A stretch of 64,000 bases of DNA from an uncultured Bacteriovoracaceae bacterium (GTDB lineage: Bacteria > Bdellovibrionota > UBA2394). Positions 29,452-39,111 of this stretch are shown piece by piece. The notes beneath the pieces were generated by a model. It did not search any database and was not told the DNA's origin. It saw only the letters and a program-made list of their open reading frames with translations. The stretch is from positions 24,932 to 88,931 of the forward strand of contig CAZVFP010000001.1 in NCBI GenBank assembly GCA_964626465.1, in the 5' to 3' direction. How positions within the stretch are numbered: position 1 is the first letter of the stretch; each line of letters opens with the position of its first letter. The translations under genes and the position numbers were made by a program.

Positions 29452-30639
29452 ATGAAAATCGGAATTGTCACAGAATTTTTTTATCCGACTCTTGGGGGTA
29501 TCCAGGAACATGTCTATTTCTTTGCGCGCGAACTTTTAAAAAGAGGTCACCAGCCTAAAATTATTACACCTCAGATCCCGGTTTCTGGAGATATTGAGAA
29601 ATGGTGGCCAGAGGATTTGCCACGAGAAATTTATTGTCCGATTGGAATCAGTCTTCCATTTTTTATTAATGGCTCAGTGGGAAGGACTTGCGTCGGGTTT
29701 CGCATGGGATCAAAGCTGAAGAATCTTCTGACCCCAGAGAATTTCGACATTGTGCATATTCATTCACCGATGTTGGGGGTTTTAGCGCTTTTATCTAATC
29801 ATTTTGCGACGGCACCTGTTGTAGGAACATTTCATACATCCTTCGGTGATTCGCTTAATTTAAGATTTTATAAATTTCTTTTGCGGCGGCATTTGCGACG
29901 CTTGAATAGCACGATCTGTGTCTCTCCGATATCTCGTGCATCGATTCAGAATATTTTCTCTGACTTTGACGCCCATATTATTCCAAATGGAATTGATACA
30001 AATATCTTTCGTCCTCTCGATCTTCGTGATGATGATCGTTTCCAAAAGTTCGTTGATGGAAAACTGAATATTTTATTCATGGGCCGTGCTGATCCACGCA
30101 ATGGACTCGGAACTTTGATTAAGGCTTTCCATGAAGCAAAAAAAGTCATTCCGGAAATGAGACTCTTGGTTGCAGGCGGAGGCGATCTGATGTCGACCTA
30201 TCAATCAATGGTCGCGGACCTTAGCACATCCGATGTCGAATTTTTGGGCCCTGTGCGAGATGAAAGACCTCAGCTTTATCGCACAGCTGATATTCAGTTT
30301 TTTGGAGTCGAAAGAGCGGCGTTTGCTTTGACTCTACTTGAAGGGATGGCCACAGCTTTGCCGATCATCACGACGGATTTTGAAGGGCATGAGTTTACGG
30401 GACGAGCTGGAGAACACTTTGTGACTTCGCCTTTTGGCAATGTTCCTCTATTGGTGGAACGTCTAGTGGAGCTTGCGCAAGATCCAAAGAAAAGAAGAGA
30501 AATCGGCGTGGCGGCTCGCGAACGTGTGAAGCTGTTTACTTGGACAAAGATTACAGATGAGATTCTTAAAGTTTATGATGGGGTACTTTCTTCCTCTGGT
30601 GCCTTGCGTGCAAATGATAAAGCTGTATGTAATCAGTAG
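29452..30639 (+). CDS. GT4-family (GT-B) glycosyltransferase.
   Basis: N-terminal FYPTLGGIQEHVYFFARELLKRGH (MshA/BshA/PimA-like). C-terminal LTLLEGMATALPIITTD (the E-x7-E region). Confidence 0.85.
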   Translation: MKIGIVTEFFYPTLGGIQEHVYFFARELLKRGHQPKIITPQIPVSGDIEKWWPEDLPREIYCPIGISLPFFINGSVGRTCVGFRMGSKLKNLLTPENFDIVHIHSPMLGVLALLSNHFATAPVVGTFHTSFGDSLNLRFYKFLLRRHLRRLNSTICVSPISRASIQNIFSDFDAHIIPNGIDTNIFRPLDLRDDDRFQKFVDGKLNILFMGRADPRNGLGTLIKAFHEAKKVIPEMRLLVAGGGDLMSTYQSMVADLSTSDVEFLGPVRDERPQLYRTADIQFFGVERAAFALTLLEGMATALPIITTDFEGHEFTGRAGEHFVTSPFGNVPLLVERLVELAQDPKKRREIGVAARERVKLFTWTKITDEILKVYDGVLSSSGALRANDKAVCNQ

Positions 30640-30684
30640 TTTGAAGCGGCTTGGCAGATAAGAAATTTCGGACTATGTAGGGGC

Positions 30685-31494
30685 ATGGGTTTTTTGGGTC
30701 GATTCAGGGTTGTGCTCTGCGCTATTCTCATTTTCACTTCAGTTCGTGAGGTTGATGCTGGATGTAAATCTCGGCTGAAAAGTATCGTTCTTCCTGCCTA
30801 TTCTGTCGTTCTTGGGGCCGTGATTCTCACAACGAATTGGTGGCTTCCACGTCTGTTGAAATTTCATGATGAGCGAGTTCGCCAGGCAGGCATTCAGCGA
30901 GAGGTTAATTTGTGGGCATCGGCTAAAACTCCGGCGGAGGTTTTTCGGATTATTTCAAATCGATATATACGCTTTCAGTCCGTGCCATCACTTGATGCAA
31001 TTCCTGCAGATATTTTAAAACTTGGATCCGCGGATTCTTGGGCTTTGGTTTTTAGGCAGGAAGTCAGCAGATACTTGGTCGAAGTCAACCAACCTGACGG
31101 GAGCTCAGAAATTCAAATTCATTTAGACAGAGAAATTTCGGAGCCGTATGAAATTATTCGGTCTTTGGATGTGCTTTCTCATTTGGCCAATATGATCATC
31201 GAAACAAAACCCTGGGGGTCGGTTTCTGAAAGTGGGATCGAAGGATTCCGACAACCGCTTTACGTTGTTCAGCAGTTTTGTACGGAATTTCCTGAGTTTG
31301 TGAGAAAGTCGCCACCTCCTGAGAATGCTGCGAGTCAACAGCTTGAGCGACAGGTTCGTGAAATGCTTTACATGGTTTCTCTTTTGATGAAGCCACCTGC
31401 CCCGATGCTGGGCATTGAAGATCGTTCGAGGGCCCGATCTTTCGGGCGGCTTTGGTCGTGGCTTGATTCGCTTCCCAAGTCAGCTGAGAAGTGA
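30685..31494 (+). CDS. Hypothetical protein with N-terminal hydrophobic anchor.
   Basis: 269-aa ORF. N-terminal TM/signal. Confidence 0.5.
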   Translation: MGFLGRFRVVLCAILIFTSVREVDAGCKSRLKSIVLPAYSVVLGAVILTTNWWLPRLLKFHDERVRQAGIQREVNLWASAKTPAEVFRIISNRYIRFQSVPSLDAIPADILKLGSADSWALVFRQEVSRYLVEVNQPDGSSEIQIHLDREISEPYEIIRSLDVLSHLANMIIETKPWGSVSESGIEGFRQPLYVVQQFCTEFPEFVRKSPPPENAASQQLERQVREMLYMVSLLMKPPAPMLGIEDRSRARSFGRLWSWLDSLPKSAEK

Positions 31495-32787
31495 TTTACG
31501 TTTGAGCAGCTTCTTCGCCGTGAAATAGCTTGAGATCAATAGAAATATACCAAATAGACTCAGGGCCAAATTCTCCTTGATCTGAATGGCGAGCACGACC
31601 CCCGCCAATAAAATAAATGATATTGGTTTATAGTTCAGCTTATACTTCAGCCACGGATTTTTAGTTGATATTTTTTGTTCAATCAGAATGAAGCCTATGG
31701 CCACAAGAATATAGAAGCACCAACTAATGGCAATGAAACAGGTAATCAGTGATTCGAAATTTCCAAGAAGTGCAAAAACAGAAGAGATGAAACACTGTAA
31801 GATAAGAGCAACTGATGGCGAAGTAAATTTTGGATGAAGAGTTCCTAATCTTTTCGGCAGCCATCCTTCTTTTGCCATCTGCTCTGTGACTCTAGGCCCA
31901 ATCATGATGGCCGGAACGGCAGTCATAAATACAGCGACGATCATCATCAATAATGTTAGATTCTCTCCGCCGGCTCCAAATGCTTTGGACGAAAGCGCCA
32001 CCGCAATATTGGGCATCATGACAAGATCTTGAGGTTGAATATAGCTGATCGCGAGGTAGTTGAGAAGAAAGTAGAGAATCATCACAACACCACAGCCAGT
32101 CAAAATATATTTTGTGAGATTCTTGCTGCTCTCATGGATCTCATGGGCAACAAAGGATAGAGAATTAAATCCTTCGTAACTCCAGAGGATGCCCACGATC
32201 GCCATGGCGAAATTAGAAAAATTCTTATCCGAAACATGATTCGCTATTGCGGGATCAATTTTTTCAATTGTAAATGCGAGAACACTGAAGAGCGCGAGAA
32301 TAAGGCAGATTTGAGTAGATACAACGATCTTTTCAAATGTGCCCGTCGCTCGCATTCCCAGATAGTTGATTGTTGTAATCAGAGAAATAAACGCGACTGC
32401 GATACATGAAACTGCAGCTGCAGAAAGTTGAGGAAAAAACGCTTTTGCTTGTTCAGCAAAAAACATTGAGTAACCGGCAATCATCGACGGAGAAATCACA
32501 AGTAGGCACATCCATCCGTAAACAAGCGCAATATCTTTTCCCAAAGTTTTCTCGAGATAAATATATTGACCTCCACCAGACGGAAATCTCTGTCCTAATT
32601 TTCCGTAGATTTCTCCACCGACAGCACACATGAATCCACCGATGGCCCAGAGCGCAAAGGTCAGCCAAAGGTCTGTTGAGAACCTCGCAACCATAGCCGG
32701 CGTGACGAAAATGCCTGTTCCTACGATGCTGCCAATGACGATTCCGATTGAAGCAATTGCTCCGATTTTTTGAAGATGAATAGTCAT
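31480..32787 (-). CDS. APC-family amino acid permease.
   Basis: 12-TM pattern. N-terminal GSIVGTGIFVTP motif typical of amino acid/polyamine transporters. Confidence 0.85.
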   Translation of the reverse strand: MTIHLQKIGAIASIGIVIGSIVGTGIFVTPAMVARFSTDLWLTFALWAIGGFMCAVGGEIYGKLGQRFPSGGGQYIYLEKTLGKDIALVYGWMCLLVISPSMIAGYSMFFAEQAKAFFPQLSAAAVSCIAVAFISLITTINYLGMRATGTFEKIVVSTQICLILALFSVLAFTIEKIDPAIANHVSDKNFSNFAMAIVGILWSYEGFNSLSFVAHEIHESSKNLTKYILTGCGVVMILYFLLNYLAISYIQPQDLVMMPNIAVALSSKAFGAGGENLTLLMMIVAVFMTAVPAIMIGPRVTEQMAKEGWLPKRLGTLHPKFTSPSVALILQCFISSVFALLGNFESLITCFIAISWCFYILVAIGFILIEQKISTKNPWLKYKLNYKPISFILLAGVVLAIQIKENLALSLFGIFLLISSYFTAKKLLKRKSLLS

Positions 32788-33003
32788 ATTTCTCCAGTTT
32801 TCTTGTTCTGACCATACCCTAATCTATTAAAAATCTACGGCATTTCGGTGTCGTTGCCAAAAATCCATTCATGACGGCGCTTGGGACTGACTCTGCCGTT
32901 AGGGCCATTTGCTAACAGCCCACCGGCTTTATGACAAGTTTTTGATCTTCCGGCCAAGAAGTGTTGCCTGACCTAGAGACATCAAAGCCTCTTCAAATTG
33001 ATC

Positions 33004-33609
33004 TCACTCTTTTTTGAATTGATGAACTGTCGAACCCGTCTCGGCTGCATTTTCTGTCTGGTGCGTAGAAGTTTGTTTTCCTGGCTGCTCTGTTGATAGG
33101 CCACTCTTCTGAAGATTCGAGGCGTTTAAATTCTCTAACTTTTTCAAAAGTTGCTGAAGCACTTCTGCCAAAGCAGAGTCACCTTCTCGTTTTAGGCTGA
33201 TTTGAAATTCATGCTCTTTTTCTCTTATCAAACGTGCCTTCTCGTCCTTCAAAGCATCAACTTTCTCTGAAAGCTGAACCAAGTTTTTTGTAACGATTTC
33301 TCTCAGTTCTGAGGCATTCACAGGCTCAGAATTGCCTTTGCCACCGAAGTGTCGATGATAGCGTTCATATAAACCGGCGTCAGTGTTCGGAAATATTTGG
33401 GTCTTCAATGAACCCAGCGTAGGCTCCTTGGTCAAACGTATGACAACCTGTATATCGATCTCTGCAAATTTCAGTTCGCTACTTACGCGCTTGAGTTCGA
33501 TTGAGACTCTAGATAACTGCTGATCGAGCGATTCGGCAGACAGCGATTGAATGGAGATTAGTCGCGATAAGGTTGCTAGGAATAATAAGATCACTCGTTT
33601 GCTGTTCAT
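33004..33609 (-). CDS. Secreted coiled-coil hypothetical protein.
   Basis: Signal peptide. Heptad-rich sequence. Confidence 0.55.
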   Translation of the reverse strand: MNSKRVILLFLATLSRLISIQSLSAESLDQQLSRVSIELKRVSSELKFAEIDIQVVIRLTKEPTLGSLKTQIFPNTDAGLYERYHRHFGGKGNSEPVNASELREIVTKNLVQLSEKVDALKDEKARLIREKEHEFQISLKREGDSALAEVLQQLLKKLENLNASNLQKSGLSTEQPGKQTSTHQTENAAETGSTVHQFKKE

Positions 33610-34036
33610 TTCTTCACTCCTTCGTATGTATCCAGACTATTTCCTCAGAATTTAATCAAACATAAGGCTTTGATAAGGATGCAAATTGCATACCAAGGTC
33701 CCACGGCCGAGAGAGGATACGCCTGTAGGGGGAATCCGCGGATAAGATGAAATTTGAAAGAGACCTCAAGCGCCTGAAATCTTTGGGTTTAATGCTAAAT
33801 GAAACTGAAGAGAAAGAAGGAGGTCGCAAGTGAAGGTAATCAAAGGTAGGAAGGCACGGCAATGGAAAAAAGAGCAAGGAGTCAGCCGTCAGTGGGAGCT
33901 GATGTCGCAGTTGATACCCATTGGTCTTGAAGACATTGAGGGCGGGTTCCAAAAAGAAGTTCAAGTGATGTAGGCCAGCTCAATTTCAACTAAAAAAGGG
34001 ATTGCCCCCGCCCTGGCCCCCCAATCAGGGCCCTCA

Positions 34037-35449
34037 GTGTTGGCATCAGTCTTGCAGATTTATTCTGTAATGCTCAATACTTGGCAGTCTCAAGTGAAGG
34101 CTTTTGCTGGCGTTATTGTCAGTTTGATATTTTTTCTCTCATCGAGTCTCTGCTTTGAGGGAGTTCTGTATGCGAAGAGAGAAGATGTTTCAGCGTCAGA
34201 GCCTGGCCTCAATCATCAGTGCTCGTCCGTTCTTAAAGAATTAGCGCAGCGTCTCGCGGAGAGTTTTAGGCGGCAAGATCGAGTTGATTATCCTCATTTC
34301 AGTTGGGAAAAGATAGATGCCGAAACTAGATCTCGTTCTCGTGTCTTCAATTTCAGCGCGCATAACTACCGCACCGTTTGGCGGCAATATCTTGCGGATG
34401 ATTCGCCTTTACAAGAGTTCATGGATCAAACGATCGAATATCTTCAGTCAAGTCACATTGATCGTTGTGTCATTCGACTTCAAACGGGAGCGGAACGCCG
34501 TTTGGCTCGAGGTGAAAAAATAGTTTATCCCAGATCTTATCAGGCCTGCAAAGAGGCGAATGTACTCAATCCCGGCACTTTCAATTTGGATTCCCCGAAT
34601 CTTCGTAACGAGTGGGCAGCAAATAGCGCCTTTCGTAGGTACGGGCTCAAAGCGAAGGATTATTTTAAATGGAGCTCCCGTATCAAGAGCGCTGCCATTC
34701 GTGTGGCCCTGGAGGGCAATCTTAGAATTGTTAAAATCAAAAACATCCGAGAAAAAAAACAGAGGGCCTTAGAGCAGCGATGGAAAGAAAATCTCGAGTT
34801 TGGATTGAAATACTTAAACGATCGAGAAGCGATCAGCGATGGTGAACCTCTGCCCCAAGGCCCAATCTCAGATGATGTGGCACGTGAAACTTTAGATTTT
34901 TTTCGCTCCTTTGATGTCGGCGATTGGGCGTATTTTGAGGAAATTCCTCTTGTAAGTTCGTCTCATGCAACAAAGGACCGAATATCTAAACAATGGAAGG
35001 CCAGAAGTTGGAATATAGAAAACTACTCTGATCGTTGGAGAAGGTTTTTTGATTCTTCTCCTGCCGATCAAGAATTTATGGATGATGTCATAGGCTACCT
35101 TGAGTTAGATTCCGACGAGCGGTTGATTTTTCGATTGAATCGCGGCTTATTAGCACAGCTATCCAGATCTGACGTGATTCGTATTCCTCGCAGAAACACG
35201 CTCATTCCAGACGCAGAAAAAGTGAGAAATCCGCGAGAAACAAGCTTGGAAGGGTCGCCGGCTCAGCGACTGCAAAGCCTAGGAATTTCGATTACATACA
35301 GAAATGCTCTGGAAGATGAACTTGTGCCAACAATCCTTAAAGACGCGATTCACTGGAGTGAAGATCTTACCGAGTCTGAGCGGGAAAAAATTCGTGAAAT
35401 TTACAGAAATAGTCAGTCAGAGGGGCTAGCCAGAGGTATCCGTCAATGA
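34037..35449 (+). CDS. Hypothetical secreted protein.
   Basis: 470-aa ORF. Hydrophobic N-terminal region. ATGA-coupled to the downstream gene. Confidence 0.55.
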   Translation: MLASVLQIYSVMLNTWQSQVKAFAGVIVSLIFFLSSSLCFEGVLYAKREDVSASEPGLNHQCSSVLKELAQRLAESFRRQDRVDYPHFSWEKIDAETRSRSRVFNFSAHNYRTVWRQYLADDSPLQEFMDQTIEYLQSSHIDRCVIRLQTGAERRLARGEKIVYPRSYQACKEANVLNPGTFNLDSPNLRNEWAANSAFRRYGLKAKDYFKWSSRIKSAAIRVALEGNLRIVKIKNIREKKQRALEQRWKENLEFGLKYLNDREAISDGEPLPQGPISDDVARETLDFFRSFDVGDWAYFEEIPLVSSSHATKDRISKQWKARSWNIENYSDRWRRFFDSSPADQEFMDDVIGYLELDSDERLIFRLNRGLLAQLSRSDVIRIPRRNTLIPDAEKVRNPRETSLEGSPAQRLQSLGISITYRNALEDELVPTILKDAIHWSEDLTESEREKIREIYRNSQSEGLARGIRQ

Positions 35450-35991
35450 TAAATGGCGATCAAATGATGGCGAGGATTCTGCTCTCAATCACTCTCTTAA
35501 CCGCTGTGCCGGCATTTGCCGAAGGTCCTAGTGGCCCTCGATCTTGTGCGGAAGTGCTTCGTAAGCTGCAATATGAGTTGCAAACGATTTCTGGACGGTT
35601 GAAGACAGAGCTTCCTTTCGTAGATACGAATTTTCTTGGGCATCCTGTGAATTTGGATTTCACGGTGTTCTGGGATCATTCTCAGAGCCACGCTTCTGTT
35701 TTGATATCTGCTGTGAGCGCTGATCGCGATGGGCGGAGCCGACGGAGCAACCCGCGGACGATTGCATTATATCCTCTTGCGGATCAATCTGGTTTTGAAA
35801 GTAAAAATTCTTTTCAGTTTGACTTCGGGTCCCCCGCATTACATCCACGCTTCGACGATCATCGCCATTTATATTTTGAGTTTAGGTTCAGTGATGATGG
35901 GTCGAGAGGCTTGCTCTATGTCTTCAAAGGGTCAGCTACGGATCCGAGGGTGCGAGGCGAACTTATTCATCTTCATCAATTTCAGCTTTGA
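35446..35991 (+). CDS. Secreted hypothetical protein.
   Basis: Signal peptide ARILLSITLLTAVPAFAEG. ATGA overlap with the upstream gene. Confidence 0.55.
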   Translation: MINGDQMMARILLSITLLTAVPAFAEGPSGPRSCAEVLRKLQYELQTISGRLKTELPFVDTNFLGHPVNLDFTVFWDHSQSHASVLISAVSADRDGRSRRSNPRTIALYPLADQSGFESKNSFQFDFGSPALHPRFDDHRHLYFEFRFSDDGSRGLLYVFKGSATDPRVRGELIHLHQFQL

Positions 35992-36134
35992 TCCATTTCC
36001 ATTTTTCTCATCAGAATTCCTTACTTAGCCTGATCTCTTAATCGGCGGGGTTCTCCTCGCCAACGCCAAATGCTGCGGCGTGTTTATGCAAGATGTCAGA
36101 TCGGCGCGACAATAGTCTTTGGGGGGAGACTATC

Positions 36135-37742
36135 ATGGCAAAGTGGCTTGCTGTCACGGTTCTAGCGACGTGCGATATTTCATGGGCATCATCATTTCAG
36201 AACCTGCAATGTATGAATGAATTAACGAGAACTTTTTCAAATGCGCAGATGAATTTTTGTGACAACGGATATTTTTTTTCGAGCGATTCATCTGGCTTCA
36301 ATGCTTATGATAAAGCGACCTGTCATTTGATCAATGATCTGACGTTGCATATCTATCAAGAAAATAATCGGATGATTGTGGAAGTGGCGGGTCTTCACTC
36401 TGGTTTTTTTTCGACGGCTGATGCCTCGAGAAACGGTATGGAGACATACTCCCGGTGTAAGGATGTTACTGCGGCTGTAAAGAAATGGGCAACGCTCCGT
36501 AAGATTGCTGTACTTCCGGCAAATTCAAAATCGCCGGAAAACATTGATAGTGTTGCAGTTGTCGCATCAAAAAGAAATTGTAGTGGCCTTAAAAATGTTA
36601 TCGATGATTGGATTGAAGCGTTAACAAGCGAAGGAAAGAGTGGTTCGGCCCTCATCTGTGTTCCTGATGAAATCGTTGGCACGAATAATCCAGCACTCGT
36701 CAGACAGTATATTTTCGAAAATATTAGTCGCCAGAAAGGACTCATTCTTGTTGGCAGCGACCTGCCACCATTTGAGATCTATTCGAAGACAGGTTTTTCG
36801 CCCGGCTATGCACAGTTTGATTATGGGTCAAGCGATCTGCCTTATGGGGAAATCAGCTCTGTGTTCTGGAATCAGCCGATTTCAAAGCTAAGTGATTCAC
36901 TACGAAATATCGTATATCATGATGAAAATAATATTCATCTGACCCGTCAACCCACTTCATGGGCCTATGATTTAGACTTGTGGCGAGCCTCTGTTATGCG
37001 CGGATCAGAGACTTTCGAGGCGCAGAATAATCTTTGGGTCAGTCGATGGGTTGCAGATGAATCATATTTGAAGCATTCCCTGAGAAATTTTGTTGAGCGT
37101 CGAAGTCAGTTCCGGCCTTTTCTAAATCACCGATATCTACATGCGCGTGGCAGTTCTGGTGTGATGTTTACTCCGCATGATCCAGATTTGGAGCTGAGAA
37201 CTCAAAATATGCTAAGACCGTTTTTTGACAACCTGCCGCCACAGAGTCGGTCATATATTATGACAGGAACGCAGCTGTTTGGTTTGACTCGTCATATCGA
37301 TACCGAAACAACCATGATGACCTATGATGAACATGGAACCTCAGTTGGAATTGGGGATCTGAAGGCCTTTCGTCTTGTTCAGATGGATTTTTATCCGCCT
37401 ATACTTAACTTAGATAGTTGTCAGGTCGGCGAATGGTATGAAGAAGAATCATCGCAGACTTTTATAGCGCAGTTGTTTTCAGCCGATCGACCTCCGCTTG
37501 TTGTTCTTGCAAGCCAAGGCACCAAATGGATGCCAACTATTGGTAGTGTTGATTCAATAACGGGGGATGTATTTTTTGATGGGCTGGCAAGTGGGCAAAC
37601 ATTTGGAAACCGACAATTGGAGACGTTTCAGAATAATATGCGGCATTGGTTTCAAAATTATCCAAACGATCCGACGACGAGTTTTCCTATGCAGCTCTAT
37701 CATTCACTTTCTCTATTTGGCGATGGAAGTATTGAATTTTAA
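36135..37742 (+). CDS. Secreted hypothetical protein (~535 aa).
   Basis: Start at MAKWLAVTVLATC, preceded by a GGGGGGA Shine-Dalgarno-like run. Signal peptide. Confidence 0.6.
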   Translation: MAKWLAVTVLATCDISWASSFQNLQCMNELTRTFSNAQMNFCDNGYFFSSDSSGFNAYDKATCHLINDLTLHIYQENNRMIVEVAGLHSGFFSTADASRNGMETYSRCKDVTAAVKKWATLRKIAVLPANSKSPENIDSVAVVASKRNCSGLKNVIDDWIEALTSEGKSGSALICVPDEIVGTNNPALVRQYIFENISRQKGLILVGSDLPPFEIYSKTGFSPGYAQFDYGSSDLPYGEISSVFWNQPISKLSDSLRNIVYHDENNIHLTRQPTSWAYDLDLWRASVMRGSETFEAQNNLWVSRWVADESYLKHSLRNFVERRSQFRPFLNHRYLHARGSSGVMFTPHDPDLELRTQNMLRPFFDNLPPQSRSYIMTGTQLFGLTRHIDTETTMMTYDEHGTSVGIGDLKAFRLVQMDFYPPILNLDSCQVGEWYEEESSQTFIAQLFSADRPPLVVLASQGTKWMPTIGSVDSITGDVFFDGLASGQTFGNRQLETFQNNMRHWFQNYPNDPTTSFPMQLYHSLSLFGDGSIEF

Positions 37743-37791
37743 ATTTCGGGGGTTTGAGTTCTGAAAAAAGTGCCTTTACACTAGTCTGTTC

Positions 37792-38670
37792 GTGTCTGAT
37801 TCTATTTGTATGGGACTTTTTCGGCTTAGATATTTTTTTTCATTTTTACGCGATGTGGCTCGACAATCGTCTCAGCATCGTGTCACACGAATGTCGGCAG
37901 CTCTTTCTTATTATGCGATGTTTTCGCTCGCACCGTTTTTGCTGCTGGCGGTCACAATTATAAGAATTCTTTTCAATCGAGAGACAGCACGCTCGCAAAT
38001 AGTCATTCAATTGCAAAACCTATGTGGCCCTCAGCTTGGGCAAGCCATTGAATCAATCCTCGAAATTAGTTCCCATCAAAGAGCCGGGAGTTTAACGACA
38101 TTTCTGGGAATCTTTGCCATCAGTCTTGGGGCTATGAGTGCGCTCAATGAACTTCAAGATTCGTTGAATACTATTTGGAATACTCCAAAGGAACGAATCT
38201 CTGGATGGAGAGCATATTTAGTGAAGCAGTTTATTTCACTAGTTTCTGGACTAGGGATTGGAGCCGTTCTTTTGTTGATCATTATTTCTAATTTGGTCCT
38301 TTCAATGGCAAGTCATTGGCTCTCTTCGGAGCATCTTCTCTCGAGGCGAAGTGATCTCTGGCTGTGGGCAAATGGTTTGATTTCATTTGTATTATTGGCC
38401 TCTGTTTTTGCAGCCATTTATAAATATGTGCCTCGCGTTAAAATTTCGTTTCGACATATATGGCTTGGGTCAATTTTTTCGGCGGCCTTTTTTATTTTTG
38501 GTAAGTTTTTTCTGGGCTTTTATTTAAGTCATGCAGCCATTCGTTCAACTTATGGGGCTGCGGGCTCGCTGGTCGTTATTTTGATTTGGGTCTACTACGC
38601 GGCCCAAGTATTTCTGATGGGAGCCGAGATAAATCGGGCTGTCGCGAATCGGTTGGGCACTTCCAGTTAA
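37792..38670 (+). CDS. YihY/BrkB-family inner membrane protein.
   Basis: AALSYYAMFSLAPFLLL hallmark. Six TM helices. Confidence 0.8.
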   Translation: MSDSICMGLFRLRYFFSFLRDVARQSSQHRVTRMSAALSYYAMFSLAPFLLLAVTIIRILFNRETARSQIVIQLQNLCGPQLGQAIESILEISSHQRAGSLTTFLGIFAISLGAMSALNELQDSLNTIWNTPKERISGWRAYLVKQFISLVSGLGIGAVLLLIIISNLVLSMASHWLSSEHLLSRRSDLWLWANGLISFVLLASVFAAIYKYVPRVKISFRHIWLGSIFSAAFFIFGKFFLGFYLSHAAIRSTYGAAGSLVVILIWVYYAAQVFLMGAEINRAVANRLGTSS

Positions 38671-38739
38671 AATCATTGATGAGCTAGATCCACCCACTTC
38701 ATTCTTCTATTGTGGGCTCTAGTATGAGATGTTGACTCG

Positions 38740-39111
38740 ATGACCAAAATGAAATTTGCGTTGATTGCGCATGATCGTCAGAAACCGATGCTCCTGAAAT
38801 GGGTAAAAGGGCATCTGCGATTTTTTCGACAGCATAATTTATGTGCGACGGGTACGACTGGTGCACTGCTTGAAAAAAAACTGAGTTTAAAGATCGAAAA
38901 ATTTATGAGTGGTCCTTTAGGGGGCGATTTGCAGATTGGAGCTCAAATTGTTGAGGGGTCGATCGATGGGGTTTTCTTTTTTTGGGATCCGTTAGCTCCT
39001 CAGCCCCATGATGTTGATGTCAAAGCTTTGCTACGAATTGCGGTGGTCAAGAATATTCCTATTGCTTGTAATCCGGCTTCGGCTGATTTGATTCTGAGGG
39101 GCTTGCATTGA
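38740..39111 (+). CDS. mgsA: Methylglyoxal synthase.
   Basis: GTTG...SGPLGGDLQIGA...DPL..QPHDVDVKALLR matches the MgsA signature. Confidence 0.9.
   Translation: MTKMKFALIAHDRQKPMLLKWVKGHLRFFRQHNLCATGTTGALLEKKLSLKIEKFMSGPLGGDLQIGAQIVEGSIDGVFFFWDPLAPQPHDVDVKALLRIAVVKNIPIACNPASADLILRGLH

Noticed and set aside
33656-33964. A 102-aa minus-strand ORF and short plus-strand ORFs (MKFERDLKRLKSLGL..., VKVIKGRKARQWKKEQ...) considered as a possible IS or transposase remnant.
   Set aside because: No DDE/HTH transposase motifs or terminal inverted repeats are recognisable. I could not match them to any IS family from memory.
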